Shown here piece by piece: positions 1 to 9,944 of a stretch of DNA of 64,000 nucleotides (the stretch's first letter is position 1; every line of letters starts with the position of its first letter). The position numbers were made by a program, and so were the translations under genes. This DNA comes from Bdellovibrionales bacterium (lineage in GTDB: Bacteria; Bdellovibrionota; Bdellovibrionia; Bdellovibrionales; UBA1609). The notes beneath the pieces were generated by a model, which ran no database searches, was not told the origin of the DNA, and worked only from the letters and a program-made list of their open reading frames with translations. The DNA is taken from contig OZ241329.1 of assembly GCA_965199825.1 (NCBI GenBank), positions 608,001 through 672,000 of the forward strand, given 5' to 3'.

Positions 1-3
1 ACC

Positions 4-33
4 TTGACCCTGAACTTAACGACCAGGGATAAT
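4..33 (+). promoter_or_regulatory. possible sigma70 promoter for exbB-exbD
   Basis: TTGACC (4-9), 18 nt spacer, GATAAT (28-33); GGAGG RBS before ATG 54. Confidence 0.35.
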
Positions 34-53
34 TTTGCTTTTGGGAGGTTCAC

Positions 54-683
54 ATGCTGACAGATAAATTTTTTGTTATTGCCGAAATTGGCCACGAGAC
101 AACTCTTTGGCTATTGATTTCTTTAAGCGTGTTGAGCATCGCATTTATTCTGGAACGATTTATTTATTTGCGCCGCGTGCGCGCACACAGCCAGCGTGTC
201 AGCATCCGCATGCGTGAAGTTTTGCAATCCCATAGCCTAAAAGAACTCGAAGATTTAAGTAAGGATCGCGAATCGGTCGAAGGCCGCGCACTTTCTTACG
301 GCCTAAGGCATGTTCGCGACAGTGGACCTCAAGGGCTTGAAGAAATTTTTAATGCCTACGCCTCACTCGAGCGACCTTTGCTCGAGCGCTACTTAAATTT
401 TTTGGCAACCGTCGGCTCGAATGCCCCATTTATTGGTTTGCTTGGAACTGTGTTTGGAATCATGGATGCTTTTCGCGGATTGGCGGTCTCGCAAGGTGAT
501 GCCTCGGTTGTGATGATCGGCATTTCTAAAGCACTGATTGCAACCGCAATTGGCCTCGTGGTCGCGATCCCCGCGGTCATTTCGTTTAACTATTTTCAAA
601 AACAAGTTCGCGGAATTTTATCGAGTCTAGATAGTGTGCGAGATTTATGTGTGGCCTATTCTAAGAGCGAGGTAAAATCTTAA
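54..683 (+). CDS. MotA/TolQ/ExbB proton channel family protein
   Basis: FLATVGSNAPFIGLLGTVFGIM and GISKALIATAIGLVVAIPA signature helices; GGAGG RBS. Confidence 0.93.
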   Translation: MLTDKFFVIAEIGHETTLWLLISLSVLSIAFILERFIYLRRVRAHSQRVSIRMREVLQSHSLKELEDLSKDRESVEGRALSYGLRHVRDSGPQGLEEIFNAYASLERPLLERYLNFLATVGSNAPFIGLLGTVFGIMDAFRGLAVSQGDASVVMIGISKALIATAIGLVVAIPAVISFNYFQKQVRGILSSLDSVRDLCVAYSKSEVKS

Positions 684-1096
684 TGGCTGGCTCAACCCGT
701 AGCAACGCTGGGGATGAACCGATTGCCGAGATCAATATTGTTCCCTTTGTTGATATTATTTTAGTTGTCCTCATTATTTTTATGGTCACCACACCCGTGA
801 TCATGAAGCCGAGTATCAATGTGAATCTTCCCCAAGCCGGAAGTGGCGATGAGTCCAAGGCCTCAAAACTAACAATTAGCATCAGTGCTGACGGCGCCAC
901 AAGTCTTAACGGAAAACCGACAAGTGCCGAAGAGATCGGCACCTCGGCCCAAGCTTTGGCTAAACAAAATCCAGATACTCAAGCAATTATCTCGGCCGAT
1001 AAAGATGTGACCCATGGCAAAGTTGTGGCGATTATCGATGTCGTAAAAACGGCGGGGATTAAAAAGTTTGCGATCACGATTGATAAAAAAAAATAG
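683..1096 (+). CDS. ExbD/TolR family biopolymer transport protein
   Basis: EINIVPFVDIILVVLIIFMVTTP and ADKDV motifs; TAATG coupling to upstream gene. Confidence 0.93.
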   Translation: MAGSTRSNAGDEPIAEINIVPFVDIILVVLIIFMVTTPVIMKPSINVNLPQAGSGDESKASKLTISISADGATSLNGKPTSAEEIGTSAQALAKQNPDTQAIISADKDVTHGKVVAIIDVVKTAGIKKFAITIDKKK

Positions 1097-1877
1097 AGCC
1101 AGCACCATTAAATTGGGTATGTTCTAGGATTTTTTCTTTGGCCATGGGCAGCGGCACATGGCAAGCCATCAACCTCTTCATCCATCGCTCATCCAAAGGT
1201 TTGGCCAAATTTTCAAGATGGGTTGAGGCTTGGGTGGTCTGTTCTTTAAATCCCAATGCCGGTCCATATCCCACAAAAAAACCAGCACTCAAAAGTCCTG
1301 CCCGAATAGGCGTCGCCTGACTGTAGGTAAATAAGTTTGTGGTTTGACAACGTGAACGAAGGTTTTTAAACACATCCGCAGTCCACATTTCAGAATTTAC
1401 TTTTGGCGAGTACGGTTCAAAAAAAATCAGATCAGCAAATGTTTTTTCGGACTCAATTGTTTGACGAAAATCTCCGTAACGAAGCTCCCAGGATAGGTGA
1501 TCCTTTTGCCATTGGCCTTTTTCTAAAATCGATTCGATCGCATTTTTAAAAGGTGCTAAAAAAGAAAATTGCTCGATATTTTGCAAAGCAAATTGCAACA
1601 GCTCAAGATCCTTTTCAAAACTCACTATTTTTATTGGACGAGATGTGTGTTCAGAAGCGGTCAATGCAGCAATGGCATTGGTGGCTGCACCTAAGCCCAC
1701 ATCATAAATCACATATTCTGAACCGGGTTGGGTGAGATGCTCCAATATCCTTGATGGTTCGATATAGAGCTGCTGAGCTTCGGCCCAGGGGCCGATGGGG
1801 TTATGCATGATTTCGTTAAGCTCGTTGTTGCGGATCGAAAGGCTGCCGGCGGTGGTTGTTACAACTTCAAACTTCAT
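1074..1877 (-). CDS. MnmC/MnmD-like SAM-dependent methyltransferase (stand-alone methyltransferase domain)
   Basis: DVGLGAATN SAM motif, GDF, FFEPYSPKVNSEMWT, TYS as in the MnmC methyltransferase domain. Confidence 0.75.
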   Translation of the reverse strand: MKFEVVTTTAGSLSIRNNELNEIMHNPIGPWAEAQQLYIEPSRILEHLTQPGSEYVIYDVGLGAATNAIAALTASEHTSRPIKIVSFEKDLELLQFALQNIEQFSFLAPFKNAIESILEKGQWQKDHLSWELRYGDFRQTIESEKTFADLIFFEPYSPKVNSEMWTADVFKNLRSRCQTTNLFTYSQATPIRAGLLSAGFFVGYGPALGFKEQTTQASTHLENLAKPLDERWMKRLMACHVPLPMAKEKILEHTQFNGAGSIFFYQS

Positions 1878-2890
1878 CCCCTTAAGGTATCGGGATGGTC
1901 GTAAAAATACAGCATGAATTTAAGTGCCTCGGTGTACATTCCATTAGGATCTTTGGTTTTTAAAAGCTCGTAATCTTTTCGAAACAGTTCGGCTTGACTG
2001 TTCGCCATTGTTTTTTTCAATGCGCTTAAGAATGCGGCTTGGGCTTTGGTTCCACTCTGCGATTTTTTTTCCAAAAGTGCTGCTCTCAGTTGATCTCGAA
2101 GTTCAAACAGCTGATCATAACGTTCGGACCGCTCATCATCCTCGGAATTGTTCATTGCCGCTTTAAAATCGGCCTGGGCTTTAAACTTATTTTGTGTATC
2201 GAGCATCAAACTGTCGGCGACCGGAAGTCCTAATCCTAAATACATATAATTTAAAATTGATTTGGTCACATAGCGATCAGCAAAGCTTTTTAAAGTTCCA
2301 CCAAGTTGAAAAATGCTGGGTGCAAACTTAACCAACACCGCATCTAAAAGTTCGCCGCCAAGAAGTAGACCCGTCACCTTTACCGAAAAATTTGCCGCGT
2401 CTCCTACAAATAAAATTTGTTTTGCAAACCAATTAAAATCTTTATTATCGACAGTATTTAGACAGTGTGAAGTTGCTCGCAAAAAACCATCTGAGTTAAT
2501 CAAAAAGAGTGCATAGGCCGAATTCGCCCAAAATATTTTTGAGTTCGATGGAATATCGGCATACTTGATAAGATCAGCTTTTTTACCAAAATGTTCGTCA
2601 TAAGGAGTTGCAGCACCCTCGGCCATAATCTTTAGCCAGGCCTTAGAGATTTGCTCGAGTCCAAAGGATGGATGACCATAAGTGTTGGCTTGACCCATAG
2701 ACCACGCGTAGCGATAGCCCTCACACAGTTTGTAAGTCATCACCATCGATTCATTTTCGACAAAAGCTTTGTACCTTAAGAGTTCAGAATACTGAGCAGT
2801 ATCGCCATCTTTGGCAAAATTCAAAAGATCAGAGGTCATATCCTCAGCATGAAGAGTTGTGCAAAAAAAAATCAAAACCAATCGGATCAA
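1874..2890 (-). CDS. hypothetical secreted protein
   Basis: 338-aa ORF with signal-peptide-like N-terminus; ATGA overlaps with both neighbours. Confidence 0.7.
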   Translation of the reverse strand: MIRLVLIFFCTTLHAEDMTSDLLNFAKDGDTAQYSELLRYKAFVENESMVMTYKLCEGYRYAWSMGQANTYGHPSFGLEQISKAWLKIMAEGAATPYDEHFGKKADLIKYADIPSNSKIFWANSAYALFLINSDGFLRATSHCLNTVDNKDFNWFAKQILFVGDAANFSVKVTGLLLGGELLDAVLVKFAPSIFQLGGTLKSFADRYVTKSILNYMYLGLGLPVADSLMLDTQNKFKAQADFKAAMNNSEDDERSERYDQLFELRDQLRAALLEKKSQSGTKAQAAFLSALKKTMANSQAELFRKDYELLKTKDPNGMYTEALKFMLYFYDHPDTLRG

Positions 2891-3738
2891 TTGAATGCTC
2901 CAGCCTCTTCAAGTTCATTGCGCAATTGTTGAATCTCAGCACTGAGTTTCACGCGCCAGTTGTAGAGGTCTTTGGTATTGAATGAAAGATAGTAAACACC
3001 GAATGAGGTTCGTACCAATTCAAATCCAAACCAAGCGTAGGTCGCGTATGAGGCCCATTTGAGGCCTGTTGTAAAACCGCTCGACACTCGTTTCATTAAA
3101 CCAGGCCGCACGAGTTGACTAATTTCTTTATCAACCGCAGCAAGCGAAGCGATGTTTTCGCTCATTTCTTGAGTGATTACCAATCTTGACTGAACCATGA
3201 GTTCTTCGACCTCAGACACTATGATTTCGTTGTTGAGTCCGGGTGTTGAGGTATGTAGCGATTCCATCTTGAGGTGAAGCTCGGTCGCTAACTTTGATTT
3301 TTCACCTTGAAGCTGAGCAAGTTTCGACTGAAATTTACGCATATTTTCGGGTTTAAATTCGGCTAATTTCAGCTCCTCAGGAGTCATCACTGGAGCTTTT
3401 TTCTGAAACGCTTTTTTTAAGGCTGCCACCCCTAGGACTGTTGCGATAGGAATTACCAACTGTTCGCCAGGAAAACTCACTGGGAGTAATCCTGTTTGCC
3501 TTTTTGTCACAAACTCTGCGTGAGCGAGTTCTTCGAATAATAATTGATCTACTGTGAGCTTAAGAAGCTTGGCGAGAATAGGATCAGGGATTGATTTATC
3601 AACTTTTTTAAGCCACTCACCAGTGGCTTCAAGCATCTCACCCGCTTCATCGGGGTTTGTAGGTATGGTGACAGTGACCGCAGCGTGACTGAAGTTTGAG
3701 ACCAATAAAATTGCACTTAAAAAAATAGTTTTAATCAT
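2887..3738 (-). CDS. hypothetical secreted helical/coiled-coil protein
   Basis: Signal peptide ending SHA, coiled-coil middle, hydrophobic segments; GAGGG RBS. Confidence 0.72.
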   Translation of the reverse strand: MIKTIFLSAILLVSNFSHAAVTVTIPTNPDEAGEMLEATGEWLKKVDKSIPDPILAKLLKLTVDQLLFEELAHAEFVTKRQTGLLPVSFPGEQLVIPIATVLGVAALKKAFQKKAPVMTPEELKLAEFKPENMRKFQSKLAQLQGEKSKLATELHLKMESLHTSTPGLNNEIIVSEVEELMVQSRLVITQEMSENIASLAAVDKEISQLVRPGLMKRVSSGFTTGLKWASYATYAWFGFELVRTSFGVYYLSFNTKDLYNWRVKLSAEIQQLRNELEEAGAFN

Positions 3739-3766
3739 AAAAGCCCTCGAGATAAGAGCTTTAAAA

Positions 3767-3781
3767 GCAGACTTGATGCCA
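3767..3781 (-). promoter_or_regulatory. sigma54 (-24/-12) promoter candidate
   Basis: Minus strand TGGCATCAAGTCTGC has the exact GG-N10-GC spacing, about 30 nt upstream of ATG 3738. Confidence 0.55.
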
Positions 3782-4025
3782 CGAAGCCTTCGAGTCTATT
3801 TTGATTTAAACCATAAGGTAGGCTGAAGAGCGGCATCTCGAGTGACGTATTTTGGCAAGTGCTGATGGGCTGGATTCCCGTTTTATCGTGCCCACTCGAC
3901 GACACATTTTTTGTTTAGGCACTAAATCCGATCAAGCACCTGATCACAAAGTTCTGGTGTTGGACCATCACTCTCTTCGTGCAGGAGTGGTAAAAAAATA
4001 TCATGATCGGTCTTTGGCAGCAGTG

Positions 4026-4667
4026 TCATGATAAAATTTCGTGCCCGCCGACCCCGAGCGCTTTGAAATGCGCAACCACCGAAGCCTTAAGTGCTCCGCG
4101 ATCAACCGCGCAACCCAAAATTTCTTCAAGCGAAGTCATCGTTTCAGTTGTAAACCCACAAGGTTTAATACCAGTAAACGCAATGGGATCGTACCCAATA
4201 TTTAAGGCCGCACCATGAAAGCTCACCCAGCGTTTTACGCCAATACCAATTGACGCCAGTTTTTTTTGCACAACCCACACACCGGTTTCCTTTTTTTCAA
4301 AACCACCTGTCGCCTGAATGCCAAAATTTGAAACCACATCAATCAAAAGTGTTTCGATAGCTTTTAAATATTTGTGTAAGTCTTGAGCCGGAAATAATTG
4401 GCGCGATCTTTTTAAATTTAAAATGGGATAAATCACGAGCTGTTTTGGGCCATGATAAGTCGCGCGGCCGCCTCTATTGACTTCGAGCACTGGGCCCGTC
4501 CAACCCAAAATATCGGATGCCGAACTTTTGCGGCCAAGGGTCACAATCGAGGGATGCGAACAAAAAACAATAACTTCTTCGCCGCCGTTTGCCACGTCTT
4601 CGACAAGTTTTAATTGTTGATCGAGGGCTAAAGAATAATCGATAGCACCCCAATCCAAAAATCGCAT
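4026..4667 (-). CDS. lipB: lipoyl(octanoyl) transferase
   Basis: RGGRATYHGPKQLVIYPI, KLASIG, HGAALN, PCG motifs. Confidence 0.95.
   Translation of the reverse strand: MRFLDWGAIDYSLALDQQLKLVEDVANGGEEVIVFCSHPSIVTLGRKSSASDILGWTGPVLEVNRGGRATYHGPKQLVIYPILNLKRSRQLFPAQDLHKYLKAIETLLIDVVSNFGIQATGGFEKKETGVWVVQKKLASIGIGVKRWVSFHGAALNIGYDPIAFTGIKPCGFTTETMTSLEEILGCAVDRGALKASVVAHFKALGVGGHEILS
4039..4049 (-). repeat. GGCGGGCACGA motif copy (near-copy GTGGGCACGA at 3886-3895)
   Basis: Exact match to the 11-mer repeated at 30729, 31540, 31572 and 31596. Confidence 0.6.
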
Positions 4668-6100
4668 TAAGCTCTCGTTGCGGTTCTAAGCGGTCGTTGA
4701 ATCACATGGATCGCATGCCCGAGTGCGGCCTCTGCGGCTTCCATCATGGTCTCACCAAGAGTGGGATGGGGATGAATGCTGAGGGCAATATCTTCGAGGC
4801 GCGCACCCATTTCGATTGCAAGGACTGCTTCAGAAATAAGATTACTCGCATCGGGCCCACAGATATGAACACCGAGCACAATATGAGTCTTTGCATCGGC
4901 GATGATTTTTATAAATCCATCGGTTTCCATCATGCTGACCGCACGGCCATTTGCGGCGAATGGAAATTTGCCAATTTTTAAATCATTAAATCCTTGAGCG
5001 CGACATTCTTCTTCAAGCAATCCGGCCGAAGCAATTTCTGGTTCAACAAAAATAACGGCAGGGACTGTTTTTGCATCGTACGCACGATTTTTGCCCGCGA
5101 TCACTTCGGCCACAAGCACACCCTCGTGACTTGCTTTATGGGCAAGCATGGGTTGGCCTGCCACATCACCAATCGCAAAAATTCCTTTAAGATTGGTTTT
5201 GCGTTGAGCATCGACATTAATAAATCCGCGCTCATTGATTGATAAACCAATTTCTTTTAGTCCGAGCTGATCAGAATTGGGTTTACGACCAACAGTTGAA
5301 ATCACAATTTCGGCTTCGATTGTTTTTGTTGAGCCCTTTTGTTCAAACGAGACCGTGTATCCGCCGTCTTTCTTAGTCATGCTTTTAGCAAAACTTTCGA
5401 AATGGGTTTGCACTCCGCGCTTTTTAATTTTGCGCGCAACAAGTTGAACGCAATCGGGATCGGCCATACCTTTAAGCAATTGATCCGACGCTTCGACGAT
5501 CTGAATCTTACAACCCAAGGTCGCCATGTAGTTGCCGATCTCTACTCCGATGTAGCCGCCACCAATAATGATTGCCGACACGGGCAAGTGATCAAGAGCT
5601 AAGGCGCCGGTTGAGGAGAGCACGTCTTTTTCATCAATCTTAAATCCTGGGATTTCGATCGGCCGCGAGCCCGAAGCCACAATATAATTTTTGGCTTCAA
5701 TAGTTTGTGTGCCAGTAGCGGATTTGACTTCGAGTTGTTGCGCCGACTTAAAGCGAGCTTCACCCATGATCACGGTGATGTTGTTGCCCTTTAAAAGTTG
5801 CGACACTCCCCCACTCATCCGGTCACAAACAGATTGTTTCCATTGGACAAGTTTTTTCATGTTGAGTTCGATCGGGCCTTTGATTTCGATTCCCATTTGA
5901 TCGGCATCATGAGAAGCACGCTCAAAAAAATGGGCAGCCGTGATCATCGCTTTTGAAGGGATGCATCCCACATTCAAACAAACTCCGCCTAAATATTCTC
6001 GCTCAATCACCACCGTTTTTAATCCCAATTGGGCCGAGCGAATGGCCGCAACATATCCGCCGGGGCCTGCACCAATCACACAAACGTCAAAAGCTTCCAC
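4667..6100 (-). CDS. lpdA: dihydrolipoyl dehydrogenase (E3)
   Basis: GAGPGG, GGVCLNVGCIPSK redox disulfide, HPHPTLGE. Confidence 0.97.
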   Translation of the reverse strand: MEAFDVCVIGAGPGGYVAAIRSAQLGLKTVVIEREYLGGVCLNVGCIPSKAMITAAHFFERASHDADQMGIEIKGPIELNMKKLVQWKQSVCDRMSGGVSQLLKGNNITVIMGEARFKSAQQLEVKSATGTQTIEAKNYIVASGSRPIEIPGFKIDEKDVLSSTGALALDHLPVSAIIIGGGYIGVEIGNYMATLGCKIQIVEASDQLLKGMADPDCVQLVARKIKKRGVQTHFESFAKSMTKKDGGYTVSFEQKGSTKTIEAEIVISTVGRKPNSDQLGLKEIGLSINERGFINVDAQRKTNLKGIFAIGDVAGQPMLAHKASHEGVLVAEVIAGKNRAYDAKTVPAVIFVEPEIASAGLLEEECRAQGFNDLKIGKFPFAANGRAVSMMETDGFIKIIADAKTHIVLGVHICGPDASNLISEAVLAIEMGARLEDIALSIHPHPTLGETMMEAAEAALGHAIHVIQRPLRTATRA

Positions 6101-6107
6101 TAATTCC

Positions 6108-7409
6108 TCACATCATATCCAGCATGAGCTGACTTGGATTTTCGATTCGGGCCACAAAGGCTTTCATAAAATTTGCGGCCACTGCACCATCGATTAAACG
6201 ATGATCACAGGTGATGGTAAAATTCATCATCGAGGCCGGAACCCAGGTGTTGTTTTGCCATAAAGGTCTTTCGATAATTCGATACATTCCTAAGATTGCA
6301 ACTTCGGGATGATTAATAATCGGTGTGGCGAACACACCGCCCACGCTTCCAAGGTTGGTGATGGTGATGGTTGCATGCTTCATCTCATCCATTGCCAATT
6401 TTCCGGTGCGCGCTTTGTTGGCGAGAGTTCCGATTTCATCAGCCAATTGCAAAATCGTTTTTTGATCGGCATTTTTAAGATTAGGAACCATCAAGCCGGT
6501 GGGAGTGTCTGCCGCAAAACCGATGTTGAAAAAATCTTTGTACACAATCTCTTGGGCTTGATCGTCAATGCTGGCATTGAACATCGGGAATTCGCGAATG
6601 GTCGCAATCAATGCTTTGATCACAAAGGGCAAAAAGGTTACCTTGACCCCAAATTTTTCGCCTGCCAATTTGGCTTGCTTACGCACTTCGACCAAGGCTG
6701 TGACGTTGGCTTCTTCGGCCAAAGTAAAATGCGGAATCACCCGCTTTGCCATCTGCAAATTGTCGGCAATTTTTTTGCGCACCCCGCGGAGAGCTTCACG
6801 ACGCTCGGATTGTCCACTACTTCGCACCATTGGGGCTGGCACTTCTTTTTTAAGCGGAGCCAAAGATGCCGGAGCTGAAGACTTGGGAGTTGACGTCACC
6901 GGCGCTTTGCTCGCAGGTGCAGTACCTTCGTTCACACCTGAAATGTCCTCACGAGTGACACGTCCGGCAAGCCCTGTTCCATCGATTGAATTGATATCGA
7001 CATTCATCTCACGCGCAAGTCTTCGAGTTGAAGGGGTTGCAAGCACACGCGATTCTGCAGCTGGTGGTGACACCGCTTTTGGTGCTTCGGCTGGGGCCGA
7101 ATTTTTTGGTGGCTTCACCGAGGCTTCGGGTGCAGGCGCAGGTGGAGCCTTCACCGGCTCAGACACACTTGAGGCATCCAGCGTGAGCATCACGGTTTCG
7201 ATCGGGATCACGTCGCCCTCTTTAAATTTTAATTCTTTAACCGTTCCGGCAAAGGGCGAGGGAACTTCGACTGTTGCTTTGTCGGTCATCACCTCTGCAA
7301 TGGGCTGATCGGGCGATACAGAGTCTCCGATTTTAATCAACCATTTGACCAATTCGCCCTCGGTCACACCTTCGCCAATATCTGGAAGTTTCACATCTTG
7401 AGCTGCCAT
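6108..7409 (-). CDS. dihydrolipoamide acyltransferase (E2), single lipoyl domain
   Basis: TDKA lipoyl site, ATPSTRRLARE subunit-binding domain, DHRLIDGA catalytic motif. Confidence 0.95.
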   Translation of the reverse strand: MAAQDVKLPDIGEGVTEGELVKWLIKIGDSVSPDQPIAEVMTDKATVEVPSPFAGTVKELKFKEGDVIPIETVMLTLDASSVSEPVKAPPAPAPEASVKPPKNSAPAEAPKAVSPPAAESRVLATPSTRRLAREMNVDINSIDGTGLAGRVTREDISGVNEGTAPASKAPVTSTPKSSAPASLAPLKKEVPAPMVRSSGQSERREALRGVRKKIADNLQMAKRVIPHFTLAEEANVTALVEVRKQAKLAGEKFGVKVTFLPFVIKALIATIREFPMFNASIDDQAQEIVYKDFFNIGFAADTPTGLMVPNLKNADQKTILQLADEIGTLANKARTGKLAMDEMKHATITITNLGSVGGVFATPIINHPEVAILGMYRIIERPLWQNNTWVPASMMNFTITCDHRLIDGAVAANFMKAFVARIENPSQLMLDMM

Positions 7410-7412
7410 TTT

Positions 7413-8300
7413 TTACTCCATCCTTTTTCTTTCAATAACACCTTTAATAAAATATTCGGCCGCTTTGTACGAGCTGCGCACCAGGGGGCCAGAGGCCACA
7501 TACAAAAATCCCATTGCTTCGGCCTCACGCTGCCACATTTTAAATTGCTCAGGGTGAACGAAGGTAGCAACCGGAATATGTTTTTTTGTGGGCTGCAGAT
7601 ATTGACCAAATGTGATCACGTCACAGTCGATACTTCTCAGATCTTTTAGGGTTTCGCGAATTTCTTGATCGGTTTCGCCAAGGCCCAACATCAACGATGT
7701 TTTTGTGTAACGATCGGGAGCTCGTTTTTTGGCAAAATCCAAAACATCAAGAGATTGCTGATAACCCGCTCTTAAATCGCGAACTCTTTTTTGCAATCTC
7801 GGCACAGTTTCGACATTATGAGCAAAAACATCAGGCCGCGAGTCGATGATCCGACCAATATGCTCGGTGTTTCCTTTAAAATCGGGAGTGAGCACCTCAA
7901 CAATTAATTTCGGATCTTCGCGTTTGATGGTCGTCACTGTGCGAGCAAAATGACCCGAACCCTCATCAGGCAAATCATCGCGATCGACACTTGTGATCAC
8001 CACATAATCAAGGCCCATTTGGGCGATCGCATAACCCACCTTTTCGGGCTCTTCATTATCGATCACACCTTGGGGATTTCCGGTTTTGACCGCACAAAAC
8101 TTGCAGCCGCGCGTACACACGTCGCCCATCAACATAAAAGTGGCGGTACCCGAACTCCAGCACTCGCCCATGTTGGGACATTTGGCTTCTTGGCAGACCG
8201 TTGCCAATTTTAACTCGCCTAATAATTCTTTGATTGCGAGGTAGCGATCACCACCTGCGGGACGAACCTTAATCCAATCCGGTTTCAAAGGCAGAGCCAT
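7413..8300 (-). CDS. lipA: lipoyl synthase
   Basis: CQEAKCPNMGEC and CTRGCKFC clusters, RSSY; start moved to ATG 8300 after AAGGAG RBS. Confidence 0.96.
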   Translation of the reverse strand: MALPLKPDWIKVRPAGGDRYLAIKELLGELKLATVCQEAKCPNMGECWSSGTATFMLMGDVCTRGCKFCAVKTGNPQGVIDNEEPEKVGYAIAQMGLDYVVITSVDRDDLPDEGSGHFARTVTTIKREDPKLIVEVLTPDFKGNTEHIGRIIDSRPDVFAHNVETVPRLQKRVRDLRAGYQQSLDVLDFAKKRAPDRYTKTSLMLGLGETDQEIRETLKDLRSIDCDVITFGQYLQPTKKHIPVATFVHPEQFKMWQREAEAMGFLYVASGPLVRSSYKAAEYFIKGVIERKRME

Positions 8301-8369
8301 GATTTCTCCTTGATTTCTTAAACGCCAGTTGTAGTCAGAGATCTTAAAATTGTCACGACAGGCTTTCAT

Positions 8370-9068
8370 ATGAAATTCGAAATCCCGCTTGAAGAAGGCC
8401 GATTTGTTAAACGCTACAAACGGTTTTTTGCCGATGTCCTGGTCGATGGTAATGAAACGGTCGTCCACGTGCCCAACACCGGAAGCCTCAAAGGCTGCTT
8501 AGTGCCGGGCACACGAGCGCTCTTAAGTACCTCACTCAACCCCGCGCGCAAGCTGTCAAAAACCCTCGAATTCCTGGAGGTCGATGGCAGTTGGGTGGGA
8601 GTCAACACTCACCGCTCCAACCATTTGGTTTGGGAAGTCTGGGAAAAGGCTTTGCACCCGCATTGGCATCAGTTCGATCAGGGAAAAAAAGAGATAAAAA
8701 TTAATGCGGCCACCCGTCTGGATTTGCGCCTGAGTCAGGGCGATCGTCACCACTTTGTTGAGGTAAAAAATGTGACAATGAAAGTGGCCCATCAGGCCCA
8801 ATTTCCCGATTCCGAAAGTATGAGAGCCCAAAAGCATCTCAAAGAAATGATGCTCTTGATGGAGCAAGGCCATTCGGCAGAGATTGTGTTTACCGTGCAA
8901 CGAAGTGACTGCACCGCATTTTCTACCGCAGATGAGATCGATAAAAATTATGGAGTGATTTTGCGTGAAGCGATCAAGAAGGGATTAAAGATCTCGGCTT
9001 GGCCGTGTGAGATTTCTCCAGAAGGAGTTCACCTCGTGCCAAGCCGATCCTTAGACATCGAACTTTAA
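8370..9068 (+). CDS. sfsA: SfsA family DNA/RNA nuclease
   Basis: RYKRFFADV, HVPNTGS, EVKNVT, FPD, RAQKHL motifs. Confidence 0.93.
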   Translation: MKFEIPLEEGRFVKRYKRFFADVLVDGNETVVHVPNTGSLKGCLVPGTRALLSTSLNPARKLSKTLEFLEVDGSWVGVNTHRSNHLVWEVWEKALHPHWHQFDQGKKEIKINAATRLDLRLSQGDRHHFVEVKNVTMKVAHQAQFPDSESMRAQKHLKEMMLLMEQGHSAEIVFTVQRSDCTAFSTADEIDKNYGVILREAIKKGLKISAWPCEISPEGVHLVPSRSLDIEL

Positions 9069-9860
9069 TTATTTTTTATCAGCCAACAAACGATCGATAA
9101 TTTTCTTGAAGTGCTCAACAGGATAAGCCCCTTTAACCGAAACTCCGTTAACCAAAAATCCTGGAGTTCCAGAGAACTCATATTTTTTGGCTTCGGCCAT
9201 TTGGGTCTCGATAATTTTTTTAACCGCATCTGAATTCATATCTTTTTTAAGTTTAGCCATGTCTGCGCCAATTTTTTTGGCTGTTTTTTCTAAGAACTTA
9301 TCGCCATCTTTTTTAAGATCATTTTGATTTTCAAACACAGCATCATGAAATTTATGAGCTTTTGCTTGATCTTGCATTGCAATAGCTTGGAAATATTTTG
9401 CTGCAGGCATTGCTTGAGGATGAAATTCAAGTGGCAGATTTTTAAAAACCACACGGACTTTGTCGCCATAATCGGACATCACTTGTTTCATGGTCATGTA
9501 ACCACGGCTGCAGTAGGGGCACTCAAAGTCAGAGTATTCAACAATAGTAATGGGTGCACTGGCATTTCCGAATGAAGCATCGGTCGAGCTGATTTCTGGC
9601 TTTTTAGGATTTTTGAATTCATCTTCCATTCGAGTGGATTCTTGTTTTTCTTCATCCTCTTTTGCTTTGCCTTGAGCTTCACGTGCGGCTTTGTTTACAA
9701 CCTCAATAAATTTGGCAGGATTTTTTTCGATTGCGCCAAAAAGAATATCGGGATTTTCTTCTACCAATTTTTTTAAACTGCCTGCATTGGGTGTACAGCC
9801 AACAAAGCAGATGGCGAGTAAACCGGCCACCGCACTTAACAATTGCTTTTTCAATTTCAT
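9069..9860 (-). CDS. DsbA-family thioredoxin-fold lipoprotein
   Basis: EYSDFECPYC active site, GTPGF cis-Pro loop, lipobox FVGC. Confidence 0.9.
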   Translation of the reverse strand: MKLKKQLLSAVAGLLAICFVGCTPNAGSLKKLVEENPDILFGAIEKNPAKFIEVVNKAAREAQGKAKEDEEKQESTRMEDEFKNPKKPEISSTDASFGNASAPITIVEYSDFECPYCSRGYMTMKQVMSDYGDKVRVVFKNLPLEFHPQAMPAAKYFQAIAMQDQAKAHKFHDAVFENQNDLKKDGDKFLEKTAKKIGADMAKLKKDMNSDAVKKIIETQMAEAKKYEFSGTPGFLVNGVSVKGAYPVEHFKKIIDRLLADKK

Positions 9861-9944
9861 CTCCTGTGGTTAATTAAAGTTTCTTTGAAGGGTGTATTTT
9901 GACACACAATCAAAACATGAAACAAGATAATTTGGGAGTGAACC

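Noticed and set aside
3922..4029. 35-codon ORF (MTLLPKTDH...) overlapping the lipB stop on the minus strand
   Set aside because: Too short and featureless to support; may be chance within the motif-bearing intergenic region.
6309..7308. Long + strand ORFs (189 and 246 aa)
   Set aside because: Antisense shadows of the E2 gene with no motifs or RBS.
8301..8468. N-terminal extension of lipA in the ORF track
   Set aside because: Overlaps divergent sfsA; a good RBS precedes ATG 8300.
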